A stretch of 64,000 nucleotides of DNA, taken from Takakia lepidozioides. Taxonomy: Eukaryota; Plantae; Bryophyta. Shown here piece after piece: positions 26,790 through 38,392 of this stretch. The translations under genes were made by a program, and so were the position numbers. Each line of letters starts with the position of its first letter. The first letter of the stretch is position 1. The DNA lies in contig CM060732.1 of the NCBI GenBank assembly GCA_030704615.1, positions 7,254,001 through 7,318,000 on the forward strand, written 5' to 3'. The notes below the pieces were generated by a model. It had not been told where the DNA came from, ran no database searches, and saw nothing but the letters and a program-made list of their open reading frames with translations.

Positions 26790-27900
26790 TCCATAAAGTT
26801 GTTCAATCGGATCTCGTAGTATAGAGGGCAGTAGAAGAAGAAGTGTTCTTCAGTTTCAATTTCCTTGCTGCGCCCTATGCAAGCTGGACATAGGCGGTCC
26901 TCCCGTTGCAAGTTTTCCCATCTGCCAGTCTCTATCCGTAGGTTGTGGGAACCCACCCTGAACTGCCCCAATGTCAAATCATACGGGTACCTAGGTCTGG
27001 TTATCCACTCCCCCAAGTTTCACTTTGCAGCCACTGCCTTGGACAGATTGACTAAAGGTAAGGCGGCCTCCGTCCCCCTTCACGCCAAATGCAAGCAAAT
27101 ACATGTGCGGCATCCCCCGACCAAAAAGTGTCTGTTTGACACCGTCGTCAGCCTGCTACCATCTATGGTTGTGAGTTCTGGGCACCTGGTGTCCCTGTCT
27201 CCTGGTGGGAAAAGATTTTGGAACCATTACAATCATCTTTTCTCCAAGCAATGCTTGGCGCCAAGAGCACAAATCCCTCTCAGATCCTAGGTGCAGAGTT
27301 CGCATGTGTACCATTGCAATCCGAGGCACAGTTCAGGCTTACAATCTGTGAGGAATAGATTGCAATCCCTTCCACCCAAAGGGCTAGTGGCAAGGGCCCT
27401 CACAACATCTATGAGGCTCAAAGCTTGAGGTTTCGGGAACTCCTGGTATGCTCAAGTGGACAGTTTATTTCAACGTAACGGACTTTCTACTACTTTCCTA
27501 TTACCAATGAACCCAGATGAGGTGGACATCACATCCACACATGACCGCAACAGACTCATTCGGAGAGAGCTTATGGAATTACATGTGAAGAGAACTTGGA
27601 TGCTACCCAATCTCACAACAAAGCTCCACTTCTATCGAGAGACATTCTTGGTGCTCCGCGATGATAGAATCTTGAGACCAAATTACCTTTCAGCACCCTT
27701 AGCGCCTTCCTTTCCTGCTGGTTGAAGATGAATCTACGATCAGCCTGGCCATTGAAGACCATGATCTTGGTCTTGCTAAGATTGACTTGCATCCCATAGT
27801 CTTTGCAGAACTGTTCCAAAATTTAGAGATGGCGTTGCAGAAAGACCGGGGATTGTGCCAAAAGGGCAACATCATCAGCGTAGAGGAGATGTGATTGGGC
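26790..27900 (-). mobile_element. Degenerate non-LTR retrotransposon (second family) with an inverted internal segment
   Basis: Minus strand: LLYADDVALL...VNLSKTKIMVF (27900-27715) and FRVGSHNLRIETGRW..CPAC..ETEEHFFFYCPLY (26975-26790). The connecting segment (YLGLV..LFDTVV..YGCEFW) is on the plus strand at 26975-27710. Confidence 0.8.
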
Positions 27901-27920
27901 AAAAAATGAAGTTAGGCAGA

Positions 27921-29060
27921 AATGTGCAGTGGTAGCAATCAACGACAGAGGAGAGGGAGGAAGTGATCTTAAGTGGCAGTGGGGTAGCCAAGAGATCCCG
28001 GTCCTCCCTTCCTACACTTACCTAGGCGTTGAGTTTTCCTCCAATTGTAATTGGGATGCACATATACGGAAAGTTGTTCAAACTGGCAAGGGCAAAGCTC
28101 TGGGGCTCACTAAATTTTTCCACTGCAGAGGGGTCATCTCTGAGGTTAAGAAAACCATGCTTTGTCGCGTTATTAGACCTGCCTTGGAGTACGGATCTGC
28201 TATATGGGTTGATAACTCCAACCAGGCTAAGTCTCTAGAATCCATTCAAGTGGGGGTGCTTAAGGAGTGTATGTCAGCATGGAGAAAACAGCCAATGTGG
28301 CTGTTCGGGGGTGAGTTTGGCATCCCATCCTTAAGCTCCCGACGAGATGAATTCAAGGTCAGATGGTGGGGTCAGCTGCAACATATGCCCAACACCAGAT
28401 ATCCTAAGTTGATCGACTCTAAATCTTGGAAACAGGACCGCCTGTCAAACAGACTAAGTCCTGGCAGAAGAGAGTAGAAAAGATTCTCAAGGACCTGGAC
28501 CTGGATCCGCAAGTCTTGACCCTGCTGGATAAATCTGCCTTACAGGCTGTAGTGTCTGAAGCCATGTCTGTTGCCATGAGATTGTCTGATGAAAATGAAG
28601 TTAGGCAGAGAACTTCCCTGAACTTGTTTCCAGTCAGTGACATGGGGGTGGACATCTTGGATGACCTGAAGGGTCCACCCACTCTCGGCACTAGACTGAA
28701 ATTTAAACTCAGGGCAGGAAGCCTACCTTTGAACAGCAAACAGAAGCAGATCGGAAAGGGAGAGTGCAATTGTCCGTTGTGTGGGCAATCTGAAGACAGT
28801 ATTCATTTTCTGATACGCTGTCCGGGGTTCTCTCACCAAAGAGACGCTCTCTTCAATTCTATCAAGGGAATTGTGCCTGTACCCCTGTTTACCAACTTTG
28901 AAAGACTCGAGGCTGAGCCAAAAGCCCAGCCCTCCTGAGGCCTAGTTTTTGGGCAAATCACACACAGCAGATTGATGCTTGTGTGAAGGGATTTCTAGAG
29001 GATATCTGGAAACCCGGATCAATGCTTTATACGAAGGTAAGTCTTACTACCAACGTCATA
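27921..29060 (+). mobile_element. Truncated copy of the RTE-like LINE (post-RT region and C-terminal zinc finger)
   Basis: Near-identical to 51939-53070 (YTYLGVEF, RPALEYGSAIW, CPLCGQSEDSIHFLIRCP). Confidence 0.92.
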
Positions 29061-29591
29061 GGGTCATTGTCTGACTCACTGCCCGGGGTGCTATCACCAT
29101 ACAGACCACCGGATATCCAAGCTATCAATTGAATTGTGTCTGCACCTGTGTTTACAAACATTGAGAGTCTTTAGGCCTTTTGGGGCTCCGATGTTGGGCT
29201 CCGCCATACAGCCATTTGCTGATTGTGTGAATAGATGTCCACTCCCTATGTGCAAAACCCAGATGGATGTTCTGTTTCCTGGTAAGTGTGTATGATGGTA
29301 CTGATGTGAACCCGCCCACATTATGTTTCTTCACCAATGAATGGCCTTACATGTTATGAGGACATTCTGTCCCTCTCCTTTTCAGTTTTTGGCACTTGCG
29401 CTGCAGGGGAGTGGGTTTGAGGTCAGCCAATCCATAGTTGTGGTTGTGGGATCGTTTGTGCTCTGGTGACGTTGTGTTCAGTAGGACTACAGCTGATGCA
29501 CCTTGTGTGTGGGATGTTTTTGGCAGCGGAAGGGGAGTGAAGCTGCAGCAAAGCACTCACAGCCACCACACAATGCCAACCAACACCAACC

Positions 29592-32500
29592 TTGGCACCC
29601 ACCCCCTGCCGCATGGTCTCCACAACAGAGTGCACCATGGGGAGCCCCCCTGCTTCGGGGTCGTGGCGCTGGCTTCCTGATGTTGGCACGTCACAATGGG
29701 GGCCTCCCACATCTCCATACGGCCCTCCCCCCTCCGGCACACATCAGTCACCCCCCACAACGTATGACGGCGCTGCTCCAGAGCATGGGGGCAGGAAACG
29801 GACATCAGAGCTGAGGAAGGAACGACGCCATGCCATGAAACAATGGGAAGGAGATAGAGAGGGAAGGGTGGCTGCAGGGCTAAAGCGCCACAAGGTGGAG
29901 GTGCATGGAAATGGAGTCATCAATGTTGGCTGCGAAGGTAAGGAACACTGGCAGCGTGATTTGCGTGGCCTGGCATTGTGTTACCTTGACTCAAGCGTAC
30001 AAGACATTGACCAGCAGTCCCAGAGTGCCATGTCAACAGTAATAGAGGGCATAAATGGAATGTACGAGTACAGACCTATCCCTGCCAATCGTGATTTTAT
30101 AGTGAAGCAATGTGGGAAGATAATGAAAGGAGAAAGAGCAAAACTGAAAGATAAATGGGCAAAGACTGGTGTGAGGCCAATGAACACTGAACCCGCCTAT
30201 TGGGATAAGCTTGTTGCCTACTGGGAGTCCCCTCGTGGACTTGCAAAGGCTGAAGGGATGAAGCAAGCGCGTGCTTGTGTCACGAACCCCTCGCGTTGGG
30301 GTCGGGCAGGAGTTGCAGGCCAAGCAGCCCGTTTGGTAATCTCCTCACCCCCTTCTCATTGCTCCTACATTGTGGCATGTTCTGATGGAAGAGACACCCA
30401 CGAGTGGGTTTTATTGCTTGTGCAGAATTAGTTGTTATGTGATATGCAGGGCAGTGCTTTGTCCATATGCTCCTGGCATTTTGTACTGACAGTGTGTGGA
30501 TGGGCAAATACAGAAAAGACGCAAAGCGCGGAGCCCGTCACTGTCCGAGCTCGGGGCGGAGCAAAAGAACTATGCGACTGGCACCCCATCAGAGTCTGTT
30601 TTGAGCCAAGTATGTTTTGAAGTCCGGTTTCCATTCATGAATCTGTTGTTGTACTAAGATTTGGTGGGTATGTGGGGCCCCCACGCATGGTACACGAGGG
30701 GTGTTATGCCAAACCCAGCCATCTCCGAATGCCTGAAATCCTGCACATTCGGCCTCTTCTTTTGGTTTTTAACAGTACGGGTGGGCGTTTGTATGCGTAG
30801 GGAGCGGGGAACTCAATGGCAGCCGCATCGGGGCCCTGGAGAGGCTTGCGGCTCTCTCTGCGGAGCGGGAGAGGGGAATGGAAGCACAACTGAAGAAGAT
30901 AGTGGAACTCATGATGAGGCAAAAAGGGGGTGTGACGGGTGGCATTATGGAAGACCCCCCTGCTGCGACCATTGTACCTGAGAAGGAGGAAGTAATTGTA
31001 GTGGGTAGGGATGTGACAGAGGTCCAGCCTGTTGTTGATGATATTCACAGTGGGGGGCAGGGTCCACTCGTTGAAGAGGGAGAGGTCCAGCGAGTTGGTG
31101 GGGATGACATGGACGATGGGGGGGTCATTGCTCATTCTATCAAGGGAAAAGGGGAAGCTGTAGGGGGAGAGGGTGGTAGTTTGCCTGGTCCAGGCTGCAG
31201 GGGGACCGAAACTTTGCCCTCCGGGGTGACTATTGTCTCCCAACCCACTGAGGTGAGACCCCGTGACACCCCTTCAAAAGCTCCTTTCATAGAAAAGTCG
31301 AAACTAATTGTTCTAGACCTGAACGGGATCTTGTGCCACTCTATTCCTAACTTTCAGCCCAACCCGAGGCGTCATTGGCCATGGGTGTTGACCACCAACA
31401 AGTATGTTTTCCCAAGGCCCCAGGTCTGCGAGTTTTTAAACCTTCTCTTCCGGCATTTCTACGTTGGGATATGGTCCTGTGCTTCCAAGGGGAATGTTGC
31501 AGACATCTTCAAAGTGGTGATGCAGGGGGTCAAGGGTTATCCCCTCTTTGTGTGGTCACAGAAGGAGTGTGATCCCTTGACAGAGCCACACCCCACAAAA
31601 GGGCCTGCCGTACAGAACTTACAGAAGAGACTGTCGAGGGTGTGGTTGGAATTTTCTGGATTTAACGAATCCAACACCCTCCTAGTGGATGATTCACCAC
31701 ACAAGGGGAGGGGGAACTCCCCTTTGAACATGGTCCATCCATTGTCGTTTGATGTCACTAGCAATGTCAGTGAGGGGCCCGATTCAGAGTACCTTTTAGA
31801 AACAGTCTGGCCCTACTGCCAAGATTTGTTTTGCTCCAAGGATGTGCGTGTCTTCACAAGCACGCGGAAGCTGACCCCGACTGGCAGCTTGAATGTGGGA
31901 GAGGATGGGGTCGTTGGGGGAAGTACTTCTGCGCCCATGCAGGTGAAACTAACCTTACTGTTTGCAACATGACATCGAACCCAAAAGATATGTTTGTTTT
32001 GTTCCCCCCGGATGCCCTCTCACGCAAGGCTGGCACTATATGTTTTGCAGGGACCACATGTACAGGGAGTGGCAGTGGGGTCGTCTGTGAAGAAGGTGGG
32101 TCCTGCGCCAAGGACCATAGTGCTACGGCGGTAGCATTCCGGATTCCCCCCCCCCCCCCCCCCCCGGCATGAGGAGGCAGGCTCCAAGGTATGGTTGTTC
32201 CCAGCCCCTCTCCGCAAACTTACTTGGTTGGTTTCCTTTATGGATACACTTCCTGAAGCGTTGCAATGTGTATTCATTGCAGGTGAGCAAGAGGAGTGGG
32301 CTGTCCCCGGCACCATCATCGCAGCAGGACGTGGTTCCCCAGGCATGCATTCATGGCTCCTTGCTTTGCCTGGCTGGTTTTTAGTAGGGTTATTTTTGCC
32401 AGGAGGTTGTAGTGTGCACGGTCTGAGCAGGGTGTAAGTTAGCTTGCTCCGTGGAGGTGTGTTTATACCATTGCAACCACCAGAGTTCATGTTATTCTTA

Positions 32501-33012
32501 TCCGTCTGACTAAACCTCTTTTTGCTGCTGCAGTTGAAGACACGTGGGCAGCTTTCCTCAGTTGCCACCCTCAGCGACGAGCTTCGCTTCAAGGTAGGTT
32601 GGTACACCATGAATTTGCTGCTGATTCAGTATTGTGGCAACCAAGATGTTTCCATGCCCAGCTGCGCTTGACTTTCACCCTGTCATCGCTATGTTTGTTG
32701 CTGAGTGGACCCTGATGTTGGTGTCTGCAGATATCAGATCCTGTGTTTCTCCTGAACCCCCATGACAAGCGGTCAAAGACAGCCGCCGCCAAGGCGGAAG
32801 TGGTGGGAATAGCCGGGGTTGACAAGTTCCACTGCAAGGACATTCCATCCGGGTGGTACAAGGTGAAAGTCCACGAGATCATGCTTCCAAGTGTTACACT
32901 GCCTTGCCCAAATGTGGACGATGCCCCCCCCCAGACCACACTAGCGCACATGAAAGGCACGGTGACTCTCTGGCCAGAGAAGAGTATGAGGAGGGGTGAA
33001 GGTATCAAGTGA
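29592..33012 (+). CDS. CACTA TnpA-like (Ptta/En/Spm) multi-exon gene region containing an FCP1/NIF HAD-phosphatase-like domain
   Basis: 29592-30335 WDKLVAYWESP..KAEGMKQAR..SRWGRAG (Ptta/En/Spm pattern). 30803-31943 KLIVLDLNGIL..FPRPQVCEFL..F.VGIWS..FVWSQKEC..K.LSRVW..NTLLVDDSPHK. 32731-33012 HCKDIPSGWYKVKV..LP.P..TLWP. Exon joins are not fully resolved. Confidence 0.7.
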
Positions 33013-34143
33013 CATTTCATGTTTGTAGTCCCTGTTGGGTGTGTAATGATACTCATAGAAGTGTGTATGATACTCACGTTACCAGTTTTGTACATTTGGG
33101 CCATGACAGTTTAAGTGATGTCCGGCAACCATGTATGTTGGCATTTAGTCTTGCTCATATGCAGGTGTGCCGTGACGGTCTCCAATTTGAATGCAATATT
33201 CCATTTCCTGACTTGTCGTCGTGTCCGTCCACCTTCTATGTGTATGTGTGATGGTCTTTGGTCTCCCTGTCACCTCGTCTATTTGGTTCGTTAGCGTGAT
33301 GTTGTGCATGCATCGTGGTCTGTGTTCTGAGTGTCGCCCAGTATCATTGCTTCTCAATTCCCCCTGCATATGGGTGAACCACTAAAACCAGTAGAATGCA
33401 TCAGAACCATATTTTCAGCTTAGAATGCAAGTCAGTTGGACAACTCACACAAACCACTACAAGTGCTCATTTGCAGTGCTTTCCTACTGTAGTGCAACCA
33501 ACTAGCATAGTGGCAGCGGAGTTGGCCAAAGCAGTCCCGAGATGGCACAAACACTCTGCGTCTTTCCACTAGCAGTCGTACCCCTCACTGCCATTGCGTG
33601 GGGACGACGCCACGCGTCGACCCACACACTCTCCACGTGGTCCCCGTGGATTCGTCTACCAGCAGTTGTGTAGTCGACTTCGCCAGTGGCTGTTGCCACG
33701 TGACATGCAACACTCCAAGTTATGTGGCCGACTGCGATGTGGCGTCTTGAGCCCGTGGCCACGCGGCGGCATTACCGCTCGTCGCGGCGCCGCCACATCG
33801 GCATCCACGTCCGCATCCACGTCCGCGTCCATGTGTCACCGCGCCCCAGGTGAGTCAGTCCACTCATCCGGAAGGAAAAGTCAAAGTCAGCTCAAAACAT
33901 CAGACACACGGGCGGCCCGCCTGGTTACGCCACGTGGTTCTTCAGCATTAATCGCATTAATCGTTGAGCAGTTGTTCGCGCGTCTACGTCCTTTACCACT
34001 CCAATCATTGGATGTCCAACCCAACTACCACGTCTGTTGTAACTGGTCTGTTGTAACTTCCAGTCGATCCCTGTTTTTTGACTTTTACGACTCAAAATGA
34101 GTCGTTACCCCAGTGGTAAATGACACGAATGCTTCTAGTGTAT

Positions 34144-37100
34144 ACCTTCTGACTGCATACCGTTGGCAGTTATTGCGCAAAGGCCAGGGGCCGCATTCTG
34201 CAGACAAGGTTCATTAACTCTCTGACAGTGGATTTTCGGGAGAGTGGGCTCCCCGGATTCGTGAATAGGCTTCGTCGCTTGCAAAAATTGGCCCTGCATT
34301 CCTTTCCCTCGCTGCATCCCCCCTTCTCCCAGGGCGCTTGTCCGAACACCGTCCTGGCAGTCTTGTGTGCACATCTCCCATGGCAGAAAACCTGAGCGCT
34401 ATAGTGTACTGCCCTCCTCACGAGCATAGAGCTACATTTCCGTGCAGAGGGGAGATCTGTCGGGTGATGGAGAAATATCTCTGCGTTCGATACCACCTGA
34501 AACAGGGGTCGGTATTTTTGGAGGAGGAAAGGAAGGATTCAAACGGAGTTGTAGTCGAAAATATTGTTGTGCTCCACGATGATTTCGGCGACGGCAGGGA
34601 ATGGTGAGTTCCACCATCGGACATCGTCATATACAGGGTTGTTGGGGACTTCATTTGCCCGCCAAATGCGCCTTATATCCTGGCGTCTTCCATGAAACAA
34701 TCCGCCAATCAGAGAGTGGGTACCTCAAAGAGAGAAGTCCGCAACGAAATAAATCCAGAGCCCAACCCATCAATGAAGACGAGTGAGAACCGGGTTGTTC
34801 ACAACCTGTCCGACTCCGACGAGGTCATGGAAGTTCTGAGATCATCCTGGAGATCAGGCAAGTCCTCAATGGACATCAGCGGACGAGGGAGTCATATTCC
34901 CAGCACGAACACAGCAGTTCGATCCATTCTTGAAATTCTGCGAGGGCTTCACATGGAGGGACACCGCTCGGAGTTGACTGGGCTGGACTACAGCAAGTTC
35001 GTCATTAAATCCGTTATATGCCTTCCCGCAGACGTTGACGGTAATATATTCATTGAGTTCCCTCGAACAGACTATTCGAGGGCGTCCAGAATGTTGACAG
35101 ATATGGATAGGAAACATGACGGTCATCCTTGGTGCGTCACCAAAACCACCAGCATGAAGATGCTCGATGGTGTGCGGGTGCGCTACATTGTTTGTGCGGG
35201 CGCGTTGCGGTGTTTTTCCCCAACTTGCTTCCACTTTAAATCCAGAGGTCACAGGAACGAGACGGATTGGACAGGCACAGCTCATCAACCATTTCGAGCT
35301 CAGGAAAAGGTTCCAAACTCCACATTTAAGTGTGCGCATTGCAACGAACCACCACATTGCATGTCTGTTTGTAATGCCAAGCAGTTCTATGTGTTGCACC
35401 GTTTCCCTGACCTCACACGAGCTTGTATACACGTTGGTTCCCATTGTCACAAATTGGCGAGGAGGAACTCGCGGGAGGCTGCCCACGAGGCAAAGCAGCT
35501 CGTTCAGGAGGAGGTTAAGTTGAGACCTGGTGCCAAACCCAAACAGATACAGCTGCAGGCCGCCCATAAGATGGCATTGGCCAGAATTATGTCGGAGCAG
35601 GGAATAAACGAACAGATGGCCAGGGCGGGATTGCCCCCTCCCAATTTCCGTGGTTTCATGGCGGACAACGCACAAGCAAATTGGGCTGCCATCCGAAGGG
35701 TGTACGGGGAAGACCCCAATGTTCCAATGGAAGGCAAGAAGAGATCTTGTGGGTTCCATTTTCTGCAGAGCTGGTCACAGTAGACAAATTTCAGAGAGGA
35801 GCACCGTTCCATGTGTCTTGCTCCCACCTTGGATGATGCAGAGACACAATTTGCATATAAACAGGTGGACAACGTCAGGTGCTGTAAAGAAATCAGACGA
35901 GGGAGCAATGGTCAGTTGGCTAGCATGGTGGCATTATCGTTTCCTCCAGTTCGGCGACTATATGCGGGAGGTGAGTTGCACGAATTCGCGTCCCGTTGAA
36001 TATTATGCTACTCATTATTTGTAACTTGCTTGTAACCTCAACATGTGCATGTGCAGGAAATGTGTCTGGACTCCGACACCGACATGCCGACAACAAACAT
36101 GGCCGAATCAGTACATTCTTCCTGGCGTGCCTCCTCTGCGGCGCATCTGGTGGACATCCTCACTGCCACAACGGAGGACATTGTCAGGTCAATTATGCAG
36201 CAATGCGGATACAACGAGTTCTTGAAAGGGAAACAGTGGGGCTTGGGGCCGGACAGGCAGAAAATGCTGATGCGGACTGCCTCCAGATCGAAGAATCCTC
36301 GCAAGTGGGCAGCAGTCTTGCGAGAGGGCCTTCGGGACACGCCATTGCTTCGAAGAGGCCAACACTTGGAAGGAGATGTTCACACCCGTCCAGTGAGACA
36401 AAGACTTGACGAGGCACCTGGCAGAGAAGAGGATTCATGGCGAGCTGACAAGAATATTCGCACGCTCCCTCATGGTCCCGTGATGTTGCTCGAGGAGGTC
36501 TCGTCGAGCGCCGCAAGTCCTACACGTTCAAGATCGCCATCTCCTTTGAGCACAGGGCACGTGCCCGAGGAACATAACGAGCCATCTGTAGTAACGCAGT
36601 ACAACATACCCATTGTGGAGACAAGAGTGTCGGAGTCACAGTGGAGAATTGCAAGGACATTGCCGGCATTTCGAGGGAAGTGTTGCGCCATCTGGGTGGA
36701 TACGAGAGCATGTTGTGGTGAGATGATTCGGAGGAACCCACACGGTGTTGTACCTGCACCTTGTTTCGGCGGCAGATTTTTGAGTCCCACATTCTCTCAC
36801 GCCACAACGCAGACGTTTTGGTTCTGTAGGCACGACATAATGACCTGTGTATTTGGCAAGCCCAAGTATGGGATTCAGGGAATGCCGGAGCCTCTGGGCG
36901 TCTGGCCTGTTGCACCAGGTTGCATCCTCTCTCAGAATTAGGCAGATGCTCTTTTTGCAGCATGATTTCGAATGGTGCAACGCACAGACGCCCCGGCCCA
37001 CTCGTTTCCAGTTCCTCAGACCCAGCCATTGCAGACTGTTCGGTCCAGTAGAGACAGATTGGACAATTCTGCACATCCCACAATGCGATTCGGAAGAGTG

Positions 37101-37526
37101 AAGAGACGACACCCTCCCAACAAGTTGAATGAGACTCGGATTGCCAATGCTCTTGGGATGGCTTGCACTATTCAGAGCTCCATGGACGTACCCCCACCCG
37201 GCCTTGGGCGTGTTTATCGGATGGCAACGGCCGGCTCAGCTGTACGCGACGACATATACACAATTACGATTGGAGTGGAGCCAACTTGCAATTGTACGGA
37301 CTCCTCGTTGATGGAAGCAAAGAAGGGGTCAAAGTATTATCCGTGCAAGCATGTGTATTACATTTACCTGAAGAGGTTGAGGATGAACTTGACTATTGAT
37401 GACTTTATTCATGCACCAGCGTTGAGCGTGAACGAGCTGCACAAACTCCACGAGATTCCAAAAATCATTGATGGGGCAAAGGGAATCCACCATATGGATA
37501 TTTGCAATTGCATTTTGATGCATTAG
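34144..37526 (+). pseudogene. MULE transposase (Cys/His-rich N-region, DDE core, SWIM finger); stops, frameshifts, and 5' part separated by the CACTA
   Basis: FMADNAQANWAAIRRVY..RSCGFHFLQSW (second D and CxxH), TTNMAESVHSSW (catalytic E), YTITIG..PTCNCTD..PCKHVYYI (SWIM). A putative 5' part lies at ~18360-18741. Confidence 0.82.
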
Positions 37527-37734
37527 ACTTTGTTTTGCAGTGTAATGAATTGCACCCCAAAACTCCTGGAATGAGACAGACAATATTAAAGTGATGTCTT
37601 TTAAACACTATGGACTGCTGGATATCCGTTGACGTCCAGTGGCAATTCAATGTTGAAACAAAATCAATACAAAGATGGCGGCAGGAAAAATTTGCAAATC
37701 TTCCAGAAAACTGAGTTCCAACAGTTGCAGTTGA

Positions 37735-38065
37735 GGGGGCCATTTCTGGAAATATGGCGCCGAATTTCCCTATTTTGGGCCGAAAACTAGCTAAGTCCCA
37801 ACATTGTCTGGAAACGATGTCTGGAAAAATGGCGCCGAATTTCCAGTTACATGGCCCAGAACTGCCCAACATTTGTGCAATGCCCGGCACCATGTACCGA
37901 AATTCGGCGCCACATTTCCAATTTTGGGCTTACACTTCAATCAAGTAGGGACCTATAACCGCGAAATTCGGCACCATTTTTCGCCGGAGACACCTATTAC
38001 CGCGCAATACGTCGCCGATTTCTTCGCTTGCGGAACCTATTACCGCGAAATTCGGCGCCATTTTT
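37735..38065. repeat. Degenerate copies of the AAATTCGGCGCC palindrome near the right end of the MULE
   Basis: GGCGCCGAATTTCC / GAAATTCGGC(G/A)CC at ~37755, 37830, 37900, 37965 and 38048, the same motif as the 146-bp array. Confidence 0.8.
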
Positions 38066-38392
38066 GCAGATGTCGCTCGGAATTCGCACGAGCGGAAGAC
38101 GAAATATCATGAGCACTGCTCTCAAAACTACAATTTCTATTTCAAACAATGAATATTATATTGGTTTTTTCTGACATATTCCATTAAAATAATGTTTTTT
38201 ATTTCCAGAATTTGTACTTCTGCTCATGAAAACCGATTGTCTTACTACTCCGCTCATGCTGCTCATGCCGCTCATGCTCATGAAATAGCTAACCTCTGTG
38301 AAAGTCAGAATGAAATTCAAGGACCGTCAACAGAGGACTAGAACCAAAGAACCACGGAACTACAACTGGAACATGTAGAATGAGAAACCAAC

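Larger units (their letters stand above)
18742..34140. mobile_element. CACTA (En/Spm) DNA transposon, 15.4 kb
   Basis: Perfect 19-bp TIR CACTAGAAGCATTCGTGTC at 18742 with its reverse complement ending at 34140. 3-bp TSD TAT at 18739-18741 and 34141-34143. It contains TnpD- and TnpA-like genes. Confidence 0.95.
10291..38296. mobile_element. Mutator-like element (MULE), 28.0 kb including the nested CACTA (~12.6 kb without it)
   Basis: 8-bp TSD TGTGAAAG at 10283-10290 and 38297-38304. Imperfect TIRs: GGGGGCTGCTATTTCATGAGC vs reverse complement GAGGTTAGCTATTTCATGAGC, with CATGAG subterminal repeats. It contains a DDE/SWIM transposase, and the flanks rejoin into one 109-nt GT-AG intron with in-frame exons. 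Confidence 0.85.

Noticed and set aside
33455-33494. CACTAC...GTAGTG mini inverted repeat as a CACTA end
   Set aside because: Only ~6-7 bp match and there is no TSD. The 19-bp TIR pair with a TAT TSD at 18742/34140 explains the element.
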